Source: an uncultured Verrucomicrobiae bacterium (GTDB lineage Bacteria; Verrucomicrobiota; Verrucomicrobiia; Limisphaerales; Palsa-1400). From it: a DNA stretch of 64,000 bases. This document shows positions 12,963-23,586 of this stretch, piece by piece. The stretch spans positions 800,001 to 864,000 of the forward strand of contig CAVPOM010000004.1 in assembly GCA_963707025.1 (NCBI GenBank), in the 5' to 3' direction. Below the pieces are notes generated by a model. It made no database searches. It worked only from the letters and a program-made list of their open reading frames with translations, and was not told where the DNA came from. A program made the translations under genes and the position numbers. Every line of letters starts with the position of its first letter. Position 1 is the first letter of the stretch.

Positions 12963-13060
12963 TTATAGCTCCTCCAGTTCGTAACTGCTCGATTGCCAAA
13001 TAGCTTGGCGGCGGTCGCAGACCGCCGCTACAGTGCAAATGCGAACTGGAAATGGCATTA
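12963..13060. repeat. Small inverted-repeat element containing one GTAG-type REP hairpin
   Basis: TCCAGTTCG...CGAACTGGA arms around GGCGGCGGTCGCAGACCGCCGCTACA; the same REP occurs in 26591-26711. Confidence 0.55.
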
Positions 13061-13172
13061 GAGTTCTTGAATTTCAAAACACGTTGTCGCCACGCGAGGT
13101 TTTGCCGCAATTGAAAATTGGCAATTGAAAATCTTCAATTTTCGATCTCCAACGGTCGGCGGCGCGGCCTCT

Positions 13173-14675
13173 TTAAGACAACTGCGTCCAGATGGTCTTC
13201 AGTTCGGTGTATTGGTAATGGGCAAAAATAGACTTGTCGCGGCCGAAGAAGCCGGATTGCTTGAAGCCGCCAAAAGGCGTGGTGGCGTCGCCCTCGGAGA
13301 AACAGTTGATGGAGACGGTGCCGGCGCGCAGGGCGCGGGCGACGCGATGGGCGCGGCTGATGTCCTGGGTATAAAGCGAGGCGGTCAGGCCGTAGGGGGT
13401 GTCGTTGGCCAGGGCGATGGCTTCCTCCTCGGTGTTGAAGGTGAGAATGGACAGGACGGGGCCAAAAATTTCCTCGCGGGCAATGCGCATCGAGGGCTTG
13501 ACCTGGTCGAAGATGGTGGCTTGGACGAAGAAGCCCCCGGAATTGGGCAAAGCGCGGTTGCCGCCCAGGGCGAGGCGGGCGCCTTCGTTTTTGCCGCTGT
13601 CAATGTAACCGAGGACTTTTTTGAGATGAGATTCTTCGATCATCGGGCCGATTTTGGTCGCGGGATCCAGCGGGTCGCCCACCAGCCATTCCTTGCTGGC
13701 CTGGAGCAACCCGGCCAGGAGCTTGTCCTTGAGCTTGCGGTGGACGATGAGCCGCGAGCCGGAACTGCAGTTCTCCCCCATGTTCCAGAACACGCAGTTG
13801 ACAACCTGGCGGGCGACGTAATCCAAGTCGCCGGCGTCTTCCAGGACGACCTGCGGATTCTTGCCGCCCAGTTCGAGCAGGACGCGCTTGAGATTGGAAC
13901 CGGCCGAGTAGTTGAGGAGCTGGCGGCCCACGTCGGTCGAGCCGGTGAAAGCGACCGCGTCCACGTCCATGTGCCTGCAGAGGGCGGCGCCAATGACGGC
14001 GCCGTTGCCGGGGACGACGTTGAGGACGCCGTCGGGAAGGCCGGCCTGGGCGGCGATTTCGGCCAGGCGCAGAGCGCTCAAGGAAGTCTGGCGGGCGGGC
14101 TTGACGACGACGCTGTTGCCGGTGGCGAGGATGGGGCCGAGCTTCCAGGCGGCCATCTGGATGGGGAAATTCCAGGGGAGGATGGCGCCCACCACACCCA
14201 GCGGTTCGCGCACGATCATGGCGACGTTGCCCGGCCCGGTCGGGGCGACCCTGTCATATTCCTTGTCCGCCGCTTCGGCGTGCCAGCGGAAACAATGGAC
14301 CGTATCGGGCACGTCCATGGTCAGGCAGTCGGCGATGGGTTTGCCGGCATCCAGGCAGTCCAGCAAGGCCAGTTCGCCCAGGTTCTGCTCGAGGAGGTCA
14401 GCGAAATGAAGCAGGAGGTGCTTGCGCTCGGCGGGGGAGCGTTTGGCCCAAACGCCTTTTGCAAAGGAGCGGCGGGCGGCCTTGACGGCCTGGTCCACGT
14501 CGGCGCTGTCGCAGGAGGCGATTTTGGCCAGTGGCTTGCCGGTGGCCGGATTGATGGAGTCGTAAGTCTGGCCGGAGGCGGCGCTGACGAATTGGCCGTC
14601 TATGAAGGCGCGGGTGCGGAACTTGAGTTTGGCGGCGGCGGCTTTAATGGCTTTTGATTCAAGTTTAAGGCTCAT
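13173..14675 (-). CDS. Aldehyde dehydrogenase (PuuC-like)
   Basis: PWNFP, FTGST, LELGGK, catalytic Cys in GENCSSGSR, EEIFGP. Confidence 0.95.
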   Translation of the reverse strand: MSLKLESKAIKAAAAKLKFRTRAFIDGQFVSAASGQTYDSINPATGKPLAKIASCDSADVDQAVKAARRSFAKGVWAKRSPAERKHLLLHFADLLEQNLGELALLDCLDAGKPIADCLTMDVPDTVHCFRWHAEAADKEYDRVAPTGPGNVAMIVREPLGVVGAILPWNFPIQMAAWKLGPILATGNSVVVKPARQTSLSALRLAEIAAQAGLPDGVLNVVPGNGAVIGAALCRHMDVDAVAFTGSTDVGRQLLNYSAGSNLKRVLLELGGKNPQVVLEDAGDLDYVARQVVNCVFWNMGENCSSGSRLIVHRKLKDKLLAGLLQASKEWLVGDPLDPATKIGPMIEESHLKKVLGYIDSGKNEGARLALGGNRALPNSGGFFVQATIFDQVKPSMRIAREEIFGPVLSILTFNTEEEAIALANDTPYGLTASLYTQDISRAHRVARALRAGTVSINCFSEGDATTPFGGFKQSGFFGRDKSIFAHYQYTELKTIWTQLS

Positions 14676-14757
14676 AAAATACAGGGGTTAATGCTTGGCG
14701 AAGCATGAGCAGAGCCTGCCAGAAAACGCGCCGCTGTCAACCCGATTAAGATTAAGA

Positions 14758-14794
14758 GGGATCGGCGCGCAAGGCGATGACGGCCAGGGGCGGG
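14758..14794. repeat. 37-bp direct repeat: displaced glgB 3' end (PPLAVIALRADPS*)
   Basis: Exact match to 15501-15537; followed in frame on the minus strand by TAA at 14752-14754. Confidence 0.9.
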
Positions 14795-14848
14795 TTGGAG
14801 GACGAGGGCAATTGCAGGGTTGTCTTTCTCGCAAAGGTGGGTTTAATT

Positions 14849-15067
14849 ATGGGCATGAAAAAGCATGCCATCGTGGTGGTTGACCCGGAAATCATGAGTG
14901 GCGAGCCCTGCTTTGCCGGCACGCGTGTTCCGGTGCGGGCGTTGCTGGATTACATTGAAGGCGGCGAGACGCTCGACGAGTTCCTGGAGCAATATCCCAC
15001 GGTTTCGCGCAAGCAGGCGGTGGATTTTCTGGAACAAGGCAGCGAACGGCTGCTCGCCACCGCCTGA
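14849..15067 (+). CDS. DUF433-family antitoxin
   Basis: VDPEIMSGEPCFAGTRVPV...GETLDEFLEQYP. Confidence 0.9.
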   Translation: MGMKKHAIVVVDPEIMSGEPCFAGTRVPVRALLDYIEGGETLDEFLEQYPTVSRKQAVDFLEQGSERLLATA

Positions 15068-15073
15068 AATTCA

Positions 15074-15415
15074 ATGTGCGCCTTCCGCATCCTGCTGGAC
15101 GAATGTCTCCCGAAGGATTTGGCGCGTGAACTTCCCGGCCACACCGTCAAAACCGTTCCGCAAGCCGGTTGGGCCAGCGTCAGCAACGGCAATCTCCTTC
15201 GTCTCATCGCCGACTCCCACAAATTTGATGTGTTTTTGACCATGGATAAACGGCTCCCGCAAGAGAACCCAACCCGGCGGCTCCCTTTTGCCATTGTCGT
15301 CTTGCGCGCCAAGTCCAACTGAATGGTTCATGTCTTCCCCTTTGCACCGGAAATCCTGCGCCGCCTTGCCGAATTTCAGCCGGGTCACGTCTATGTCTTG
15401 ACGCAGCCGGATTGA
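15074..15415 (+). pseudogene. DUF5615/PIN-like toxin with an in-frame TGA at 15320
   Basis: ILLDECLP...HTVKTV...GW...NG.LL...DVFLTMDK; after the TGA the frame continues MVHVFPFAPEILRRLAEFQPGHVYVL to a stop at 15415. Confidence 0.75.
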
Positions 15416-15491
15416 ACGCGCCGAGCGGCCAGCACCACTTCGCGGGGTGAGGGAATTCGGTCGAGCCGCAGGCTCGACGCTCCACCTTGCG

Positions 15492-17708
15492 CTACGGGGC
15501 GGGATCGGCGCGCAAGGCGATGACGGCCAGGGGCGGGAGGGTGAGGGCGGCGGAGAAGGGCTGGTGATGGAGCGGTTGGGCCTCCGCGCTCACACCGCCC
15601 AGATTCCCCTGGTTGCTCCCGCCGTAAATTTGGGCGTCCGAATTGAGCACTTCCCGCCAGAAACCGCCTTGGGGCAGGCCGACGCGGTAGCCCACCCGCA
15701 GTTCCGGCGTCAGATTCAGGATCACGGCCAGACGGCCGCCGCCATCCTGCTGCTGGCGGATAAAGGAAAGGACGCTGTGTTCGGTGTCGGCGCAATCAAT
15801 CCAAAAAAAGCCGGCGGGTCGTAATCGGCGTCAAAGAGGGCGGGTTGGCCTTGATAAAACTGATTGAGGTCGCGCACCAAACGCTGCAGGCCGGCATGGT
15901 AGGGGCCTTGCTCCAGCAGCCCCCAGTCAATACTGGCGTTGGCGTTCCATTCCGAGGCACTGGCCCAGTTCGCAGCCCATGAATCAGCAGTTTTTTGCCG
16001 GGGAAAAGCCATTGATAGGCGAGCATCGCGCGCAAGTTGGCGAATTTCTGCCAGTCGTCGCCGGGCATTTTGCCCGCCAGCGAACCTTTGCCGTGGACCA
16101 CCTCATCGTGGGAGAAGCGGCAGGATGAAATTTTCAGTGAATATGATAGAGCATCGCGAACGTCAGGTCGTTCTGATGATATTTGCGGTAAATCGGGTCG
16201 CGGCTGAAGTAGCTCAGGGTGTCGTGCATCCAGCCCATGTTCCATTTGAAACGAGAAGCCCAGGCCCGCCCAGCTAGGGCGGGCGGGTGACTTGCGGCCA
16301 GGCGGTGGATTCCTCGGCCATGGTGATGACGCCGGGATGGGCGGAGAGCGGGACGTGGTTGAAGTTTTTGAGGAATTCCATCGCCTCCAGGTTCTCCCGT
16401 CCGCCGTATTGGTTGGGAATCCACTCGCCGGGCTGGCGCGAATAATCCAGGTAAAGCATGGAGGCGACGGCATCCACGCGCAGGCCGTCAATGATGAAAT
16501 CGTTCGCACCAGAACAAGCGCGTTGGCGACGAGGAAATTGCGCACTTCGTGCCGGCCGTAATTGAAAATGAGCGTGCCCCAGTCCTGGTGCGCTCCCTTG
16601 CGCGGGTCTTCGTGCTCGTAGAGCGCCGTGCCGTCGAACCGGGCCAGCGCCCAGTCATCGCGCGGGAAATGGGCGGGCACCCAGTCCATCAGCACGCCCA
16701 TGCCCGCCTGATGGAGGTGCGTTGACCAGGAATTGCAAGTCATCCGGCGTGCCGTAGCGGCTGGTCGGCGCATAAAATCCAGTCACCTGATAGCCCCAGG
16801 ACGGATAAAAGGCGTGCTCGGCCAGCGGCAGGAATTCGACGTGGGTAAAGCCCATCTGCCGGGCGTAGGCGGCCAGCGGCTCGGCGATCTCGCGGTAGTT
16901 CAACGATTCGCCGGCGCTTTTCTTTCGCCAGGAGCCGAGATGCACTTCGTAGATGCTCATCGGCACTGCGGAAGGGATTGCGCTGGCGGCGTTGTTCCAG
17001 CCAGGCTTTCGTCGCCCCAGGCGAAGCGGCGGTTGTCCCAGACGATGGAGGCGTTTTTGGGCGCGGCCTCGCAGAAAAAAGCCGTAAGGGTCGGTCTTGA
17101 GCACCAAGTCGCCCCGGGCGGTTCGGATTTCAAATTTGTAATGGGCGCCCTGGCCCACGCCCGGAATGAAAATCTCCCACACGCCCGAGGCGCCCAGCAG
17201 GCGCATGGTGTGGCAGCGCCCGTCCCAATGGTTGAAATCACCCACCACGCTGACCCGCTTGGCCTTCGGCGCCCAGACGGCGAAGCTCGCGCCCGCCACG
17301 CCGTCCAGGGTGCGCAGTTGCGCGCCCAGCTTCTCGTAAATGCGCCGTTCATTGCCCTTGTCCGAAAAGATACAAATCGGTCTCGCCCACGGTGGGCAGG
17401 AAGGAATAAGGATCGCGCCCCTGCTGGCTCGCGCCGTCGCGCCCGGTCAGGACAACGTCGTAGGCATAGACCCGGGTGGCCTGACGGGTGAACCCCTCGA
17501 ACAGCCCGGCGGGGTGGATTTTTTTCAGCTTGATGGTGGGGCGGGATTTTTCATGAACGGGCACAATGGCGGCCTGTTTGGCCTGCGGGGCCAAGACGCG
17601 CACGACCACGCCGGAGCCGTCGGCCAGCGTGTGCATGCCCAGAAGTTCATGCGGGGAGCGATGCTGGAGTTGCACCAGACTTTCGGCTTCTGCCTTTGTG
17701 AGAATCAT
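15492..17708 (-). pseudogene. glgB: 1,4-alpha-glucan branching enzyme with multiple frameshifts (possibly sequencing errors)
   Basis: Fragments in successive frames: [72 protein letters not shown]. Confidence 0.85.
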
Positions 17709-17772
17709 GCCGGGCGCAGAGTAGCACGGAAAGGGCGGCGGCAAAGCGCAAAGTTCGGGCACCTAGCCGGGA

Positions 17773-17954
17773 GGGCGCATCTCGACACTGCTACGAGGGT
17801 CCGACACCCGAATAATACAGGAGTGCGCCCGTCCTCGGGCGCAGCAGCGTGAGAAAGTCGGCGCACCGGTGATCTTTCTGCGCACCCAAAAACTCCTGGC
17901 TTGCTGCGGCCGGGGACGGCCGCACTCCGCCGGTAGCAGTGTCAAGATGCGCCC
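17773..17954. mobile_element. 182-bp MITE (family A) with a 9-bp target-site duplication
   Basis: 22-bp TIR GGGCGCATCTYGACACTGCTAC (1 mismatch); TAGCCGGGA at 17764-17772 and 17955-17963. Confidence 0.88.
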
Positions 17955-17975
17955 TAGCCGGGACGATGCAAATTG

Positions 17976-18132
17976 AACCACGGATGAACCCAGATAAACA
18001 CCGATAAGGCAAGGCCATGACGGGCTTTCTCCTGGGGCTGGACTGAGCCACCCCATCGTGAGCGAAAGGAGCACGGGGAAATCTCCTTTTCTGGGCCGTA
18101 GGATCGGTGTCCATCCGTGTTCATCAGCGGTT
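17976..18132. repeat. Inverted pair of AACCACGGATGAAC-type intergenic repeats
   Basis: AACCACGGATGAACCCAGATAAACACCGAT ... ATCGGTGTCCATCCGTGTTCATCAGCGGTT. Confidence 0.55.
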
Positions 18133-18216
18133 CTACTCTGCAGGGATGCGGCTCAGAGGTTTTCGGAGAGTAAGATTAGGATTAAGATTAAGATTGGGAG
18201 GAGGAGCAACGGAGGA

Positions 18217-18435
18217 CTAGCTTTGGCGGAAGGTGATGCGGGCCTTGCCGAGGTCGTAGGGGGACATTTCGACGTTGACCTTGTCGCCGACGCTGATGCG
18301 GATGAAATTCTTGCGCATCTTGCCGGAGATGTGGGCCAGAACCTCATGGCCGTTGGGCAGGGCCACGCGAAACATCGTCCCCGGCAAGACTTGGGTTACC
18401 TTGCCGTTCAATTCGATTGGCTCTTCTTTAGCCAC
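18217..18435 (-). CDS. infA: Translation initiation factor IF-1
   Basis: MAKEEPIE...[14 protein letters not shown]...SPYDL.K.RI.FR. Confidence 0.98.
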   Translation of the reverse strand: MAKEEPIELNGKVTQVLPGTMFRVALPNGHEVLAHISGKMRKNFIRISVGDKVNVEMSPYDLGKARITFRQS

Positions 18436-18537
18436 GATTCGAGATTTAGTTTCAGGATTCTAAGGTTGCAGCAGCCCGGGCTGTCCCAGGACGGCGGGCA
18501 AACCATGCCTGCCGGGAGGGCTGAAATCAAGGCAAAC

Positions 18538-20127
18538 TTAAAACGAATAAATGCGCCGCGACAGGCTGTGGCGCAAGAGGAAGCAGGCCAGCAGGGCAAA
18601 GGCGGAATAGCTGAAGAACTTGGCCAGGACAAGGACCGCATTCACCCCATCCCAGTCCTGGGAAGGTTGCACGGCCACCAAAACGAGATAAAAGGGAACC
18701 CACAGGGCAATCCAGGTCAGCACCGCCGCCGCGATCAAGTTTTTCACGCGCAAGGCAAAGTAGGTGGCGAAGACCGGCAGGCTCAGAAGAGCAAAGGCCA
18801 GGATAAATGCCACCGCGACAACAGCAGAAGAAGCTTCTTCAGTCCATTCGTTGCACAAAAAGAAGAGGGCCAGGACCAGGCCCGCGGGGAGGAATTGTTT
18901 CCACAAACCCCACACGCGGCCGAAGATAAGTTTGTTGACTGAAACCGGCGTGACCAAAATCAACTCCAGGGCGCCGCTGCGCTTTTCCTCCAAAAAACCG
19001 CTGACGCCGACAAAAGTGTAAAGTCCGGCCAGCGTCAGCAGCAAAGCCATGTTGATCATTTCACGAACCTCCCGGTCACCGTTGCCAGCCGCGCATTCGA
19101 CCAGCACAAAAGCCAGGCACAGGCCCCATTTGCCCAGGCGCGCTTTCCAGGAATACTGTTGCAGCCAGGCGATGGGGTTCCAATCCAGGGAGCGTTGCAT
19201 TTTGCGCCGGAACCGGCGTTGGAACAGCGGCGTGCAATAGCGCCGGAGCAAACTCTCGCGGCGGAGGGAGGGGACTTTGTCCTGCCAGGAGCGTTCGACC
19301 CGGCGCGCCGCGAAGCGGGCGACCAGGTAAAAGAACAGGAGCGTGACGGGCGGGCCGGTCCAACAAAGCGTTGCCCAGATTTTACCGAGGACAGCGGACA
19401 CCGAGGCCAAGGCGCTCCAACTGGCAAAACCCCGAATGTCGAGAAGCCCGGAGAAAATAGACATGGTTTCCAAACTGGCCCGCCACCAGCTCACTTCGTT
19501 GAGGATGGCGAATCCGCCCCGCCACCCGACGAGAAGGATGAACTGCAAAAGCTGTCCGTAGAGGAGCAGGAAGAGGGCTGAGAAGAGGAAGGCCAGAAGG
19601 AAGGCCGTGTTCCGCTCCCGGGCCAGGGAGGAGGCGAGCAAGCCGGCCGCCAGGCAGAGCACCGTGGCGCAAAACTCCAGGCTCAAGGCGCTGAAAGCGT
19701 CGAACCAAGTGATGCCGCCGGTCATGAAGGGAATGGTGAGGAGCGGCAGGACGGCCAGCCAGAGGGTCAAGGCCCGCAGCGCCTGGGCCAGCGCCTTGCC
19801 GGCGACAATGCCCCCCGCGCTCAATGGAGTCAAGAATAATAATCCCAGGGTCCCTTCCCGCTTTTCCCGCGCGATGCAGTCGGCCGCCAGGGCGGGCACG
19901 ATGAGGAAGATCAGGCCGAGCAGCAAGTTGTGCAGGCTGGCGAAAAGCCAGCCGCCCAATTGGTCGGCCGGTTTGTCCGATCTGGCCACGATATTCCAAA
20001 GGAGCAGCGTGCCCACGGCCACGCTCCAGAAGCGCAGGCGGTGGTTGACGGGCCGGCGCGCCCCTTCGCGCAGTTCGCGCTGCACGACAGGCCAGACGTT
20101 GACGTGGGTGAGCTTGCGTGGTTTCAC
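18538..20127 (-). CDS. ABC-2 transporter permease (two permease modules)
   Basis: WPVVQRELRE, CIAREKREGTLGLLFLTPL, EEKRSGALELILVTP; GTG start at 20127. Confidence 0.85.
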   Translation of the reverse strand: MKPRKLTHVNVWPVVQRELREGARRPVNHRLRFWSVAVGTLLLWNIVARSDKPADQLGGWLFASLHNLLLGLIFLIVPALAADCIAREKREGTLGLLFLTPLSAGGIVAGKALAQALRALTLWLAVLPLLTIPFMTGGITWFDAFSALSLEFCATVLCLAAGLLASSLARERNTAFLLAFLFSALFLLLYGQLLQFILLVGWRGGFAILNEVSWWRASLETMSIFSGLLDIRGFASWSALASVSAVLGKIWATLCWTGPPVTLLFFYLVARFAARRVERSWQDKVPSLRRESLLRRYCTPLFQRRFRRKMQRSLDWNPIAWLQQYSWKARLGKWGLCLAFVLVECAAGNGDREVREMINMALLLTLAGLYTFVGVSGFLEEKRSGALELILVTPVSVNKLIFGRVWGLWKQFLPAGLVLALFFLCNEWTEEASSAVVAVAFILAFALLSLPVFATYFALRVKNLIAAAVLTWIALWVPFYLVLVAVQPSQDWDGVNAVLVLAKFFSYSAFALLACFLLRHSLSRRIYSF

Positions 20128-20140
20128 ACGGCCGCCGGGT

Positions 20141-21782
20141 TTAGAAAGAATAGAGCCTCCGCAAAAGGCAGTGGCGCAGAAGGAAACAAGCCACCAAGGC
20201 AAGAGCGAAATTTCCCAAACTGTACGCCACAGAGATCCAGATCTCCGGTATGCTGTCAACATCGTGAATCACCATCTGAAACTGAAGCGCCCGGACAAAC
20301 AGCATGACAAAGACAAAGGGCAGATACAGCGCAACCCAGGTCATTCCCGCCGCCACAATCTGATTCTTGACGCGCAGGGCAAAATACAAGGCGAAGGCCG
20401 GCAGGGCCACAAATGCGGAAACAAAACTCAACGGCCCCCGGAGGTAATCGCTAAGAAACTCAATAATCCGGCCGTCCGAAAGAAGGCTGAATTTCAAAAC
20501 CCCGTGGACCCAAAGGATACCAACATCGGAAAGGGCAAGCATTAGAGCCGCCGGCAGGAATTGTTTCCAGACGCCCAACAGGCGGCCGAAGATAATTTGG
20601 TTGATTGCAATGGGAGTGACCAAAATCAATTCCAGCGCGCCGCTGCGTTTCTCCTGCGCAAAACTGTTGATGCCGGCGAAAGTCATGCCGGCCAAAATAG
20701 TGAATGATAATATTGGCAGGATTGGTTCGCCGAATCCATAGTAGGGCGGTGCGTTGCTCACGTACCCGGTTATGACGATGACCAAAGCCAGGCAGAGGAG
20801 CCATTTGATCAGCCGCGCTTTCCAGGAATACTGTTGCAGCCAGGCGATGGGGTTTCGATCCAGGGTCCGGCGCGTTCTGCGCGCGAACCAGCGTTGAAAC
20901 AGAGGCGTGCAGTATTTCCGGACCAGGCTCTCTTGGCGAAGGGAGGGAATTTTCTCATGCCACGACCTCGCCAGCCTCCACGCCGCGAAGCGGAGCAGGA
21001 GGACAAACAGAAGCAATGCCGGAAGCGGGCTTACCCAGAGAGTCTGGTGCCAAGTGTGAATAAATGGGACGGTCATTAGGGAGACGTTGAAGCTGCCGCC
21101 CGTGGTTGCATCCAACTCCGTCGGAAGGCCTGAGAGCAACATTGCGTAATCCTGCGGCCAATCAAAGATTAGAGGAACTCCGGCCAGGAACGAGAAGCAG
21201 GCCAAGGTACAGAAGACCGACACAATGATTGCCGCCAAAAGTAGCGCCACGACGAAGGCCGCGCCCCGGCCTTTGACCAGGGTCGAGGCCAGCAAACCCG
21301 CCGCCAGACACAGCACCAAGACGGAAAATTCCAGCGCGAGAAAAGCCGAGGCATCAGCCCATCCAATGCCTCCCATCACGAAGGGTATCGTCAGCACGGG
21401 CGCCACGGAAACCCACAGCGTCATGGCGCGCAAGGCTTGCGCCAAACCCTTGCCCGCCACGATCCCGCCCGCCGTCAACGGAGTCAGGAATAATAATCCC
21501 AAAGTTCCCTCCCGCTTTTCCCGCGCGATGCAATCGGCCGTCATCAACGGCACCACCAGGCAAATCAGCCCCATTAAAACAACATGCAACCCCGCGAAGA
21601 GATACTGGCCCATTACCTTATCCTGCTCATCCGGGTTGTCGGTTACTATGAAAACCACCACGAGAAGCCCGGCGGTGGCGGCGCCGACGCGCAGCCAGTA
21701 GTTAAAAGGCCAGGCGCGCCCCTTCGCGCAGTTCGCGCTGCACGACGGGCCAGGTTCCTCCTAAAAAGCGGTTCTTGGACAT
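20141..21782 (-). CDS. ABC-2 transporter permease, tandem paralogue, frameshift near 21712
   Basis: Same motifs as the neighbour; the N-terminal WPVVQRELREGAR is in a different frame from the body. Confidence 0.75.
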
Positions 21783-21822
21783 TCCTTCAACCTTCTTGCA
21801 AAGCAGCGCCTCCATCTTGGTT

Positions 21823-22515
21823 GGTAGGGCGCGCACTCCGTGCGCGCCGCGGCGGGCAGTCCCGGCGTGCCGGGACCCTGCCTCAGTTAATGTTCTTCTC
21901 CCCGTACCCCAAAGCAAGCAGAACATTAACTGAGGCAGGATAAGTTGGATGTAACGGGGTGTAACGGGTGCAATTTTCGTAAACCGTTGATAATCAACAA
22001 CTGTAACGGTGTAACGGGTGTAGCGCACCTCACCCTGCCTGCAAGTGTGGGCGTCCAACAAGTCGCCACCCAGGCAGTGCCTTAATTTGGTGTAGAGTCG
22101 AGCCTGTGGCTCGACTTCGGCGCACAGCGCCGACACTACAACAATGCATTTAAGGCACCACCGCCACCCACACTTGCTGGCCAACCGAAAAAACGAGTCG
22201 CAAGCCGGGTGCAGGACAAAATTCTTCACAAGCCGATGCTTGCGGGGTAGCGAGTATATGCGTCTCCATATACCCATGGCGCGCGCTACCCCTCTCTCTC
22301 CACGCGTGCGGGGAGAGAGCCGGAGAGAGGTGTTCCCTTAATCGTCCCACTCCTGCCGCGAAGAATTTTGTCCTGCGCCCCGCAAGCCTTTCCCGGTCGT
22401 CAATCGAGTCACGGCTTGACGGAGTCTCGCCCTGCCAAAATCAACGCCTCCACGTCGGGTGGTAGCGCGGGCACTCCGCTGCCCGCCGCGGCGCGCACGG
22501 AGTGCGCGCCCCACC
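21823..22515. repeat. Cluster of nested inverted repeats and REP/MITE-like elements
   Basis: 37-bp IR 21823-21859/22479-22515; 20-bp IR 21877-21896/21920-21939; GTGCCTTAA IR spanning 22077-22158; 21-bp IR 22207-22227/22360-22380. Confidence 0.8.
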
Positions 22516-22526
22516 TTTCCATCCGC

Positions 22527-23474
22527 TTATTGGGTTTCGCCGCGGGTGACGCGCAGGAAAACTTCTTCCAGCCCCAGTTCGTCCTCCCACAGGCCGGTGA
22601 ATTTGACGCCGCCATTGACCAGGGTGACGGCCAGGATGGAAGGGTCCACTTCCGGGTTGGCGAAGGTGACCTTGACCTGGCCGTCCACGGCGACGGCATC
22701 GGCCACGGTGGGGAGGGCCTTCAAAACGGCGATGGCCGGGGCGGGATCGCCTTCCGGGAGCACCCAATAAATCAGGCCGGTGGACATCTGTTGGCGCACG
22801 CCCTGCACCGGGCCGCTGTAGATGAGCTTGCCCTTCTCGATGATGGCGACGCGATTGCAGAGGGTTTGCAGTTCGCTCAGGATGTGGGAGGAAATAATGA
22901 TGGTTTTGCCCAGGCGCTGCAGTTCCTGGAGAATGGCCATCATCTCGATGCGGGCGCGCGGGTCCAGGCCGCTGGCCGGTTCGTCCAGGAGGAGCAGGCG
23001 GGGGTCGTGGATCAGGACGCGGGCCAGGCCGAGGCGCTGTTGCATGCCGCGGCTCAAGGCCCCGATGATGGCGCCGCGTTTCTCGGTCAAGCCCACCAGT
23101 TCGAGCACGTCGGCCACGGTTTTCTCGCGCTGGGCTGTCGGGATTTTGTAACAGGCGCCGAAGAAATCCAGGTATTCGGTGACTTCCATGTCCTTGTAAA
23201 CGCCGAAGAAATCGGGCATGTAACCGATGACATGGCGCACCGCGTCGGCCTCGCGCACCACGTCGTGGCCGAGGATTTTGGCGGTGCCGGCCGAGGGGGC
23301 CAGGAAAGTGGCGAGAATGCGCAGGGTGGTGGTTTTGCCCGCGCCGTTGGAGCCGATGAAGCCGAACAAATCCCCCTGGTTAATGGTCAAGTCCAGGCAA
23401 TTCAGCGCGGTGATGTTGCCGTAAAGGCGGGTCAGGCCGAGGGTGGCCACGGCGGGAATGGGCGGAGCGTCCAT
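22527..23474 (-). CDS. ABC transporter ATP-binding protein
   Basis: GSNGAGKTT, LSRGMQQR, LLLDEP. Confidence 0.95.
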   Translation of the reverse strand: MDAPPIPAVATLGLTRLYGNITALNCLDLTINQGDLFGFIGSNGAGKTTTLRILATFLAPSAGTAKILGHDVVREADAVRHVIGYMPDFFGVYKDMEVTEYLDFFGACYKIPTAQREKTVADVLELVGLTEKRGAIIGALSRGMQQRLGLARVLIHDPRLLLLDEPASGLDPRARIEMMAILQELQRLGKTIIISSHILSELQTLCNRVAIIEKGKLIYSGPVQGVRQQMSTGLIYWVLPEGDPAPAIAVLKALPTVADAVAVDGQVKVTFANPEVDPSILAVTLVNGGVKFTGLWEDELGLEEVFLRVTRGETQ

Positions 23475-23586
23475 AAAGGTTTAGTGGGGAGGGGGAAAGA
23501 TTAAGATTAAGATTAAGAGTAGGATTAAGGAGGGGCCATCGCGGTTTGGTTGGGCGGGCGCAAGAGGGGAAAGGGATTGGTTTCCA

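Noticed and set aside
15492..17708. glgB as a true pseudogene or a case of programmed frameshifting
   Set aside because: Many single-base indels with otherwise well-conserved motifs; similar lesions occur in clpC and in 60500-64000, so long-read consensus error is more likely. Cannot be settled without reads.
21823..22515. CRISPR array or integron attC array
   Set aside because: The repeats are inverted and heterogeneous, with no regular repeat-spacer period and no cas or intI gene in the window.
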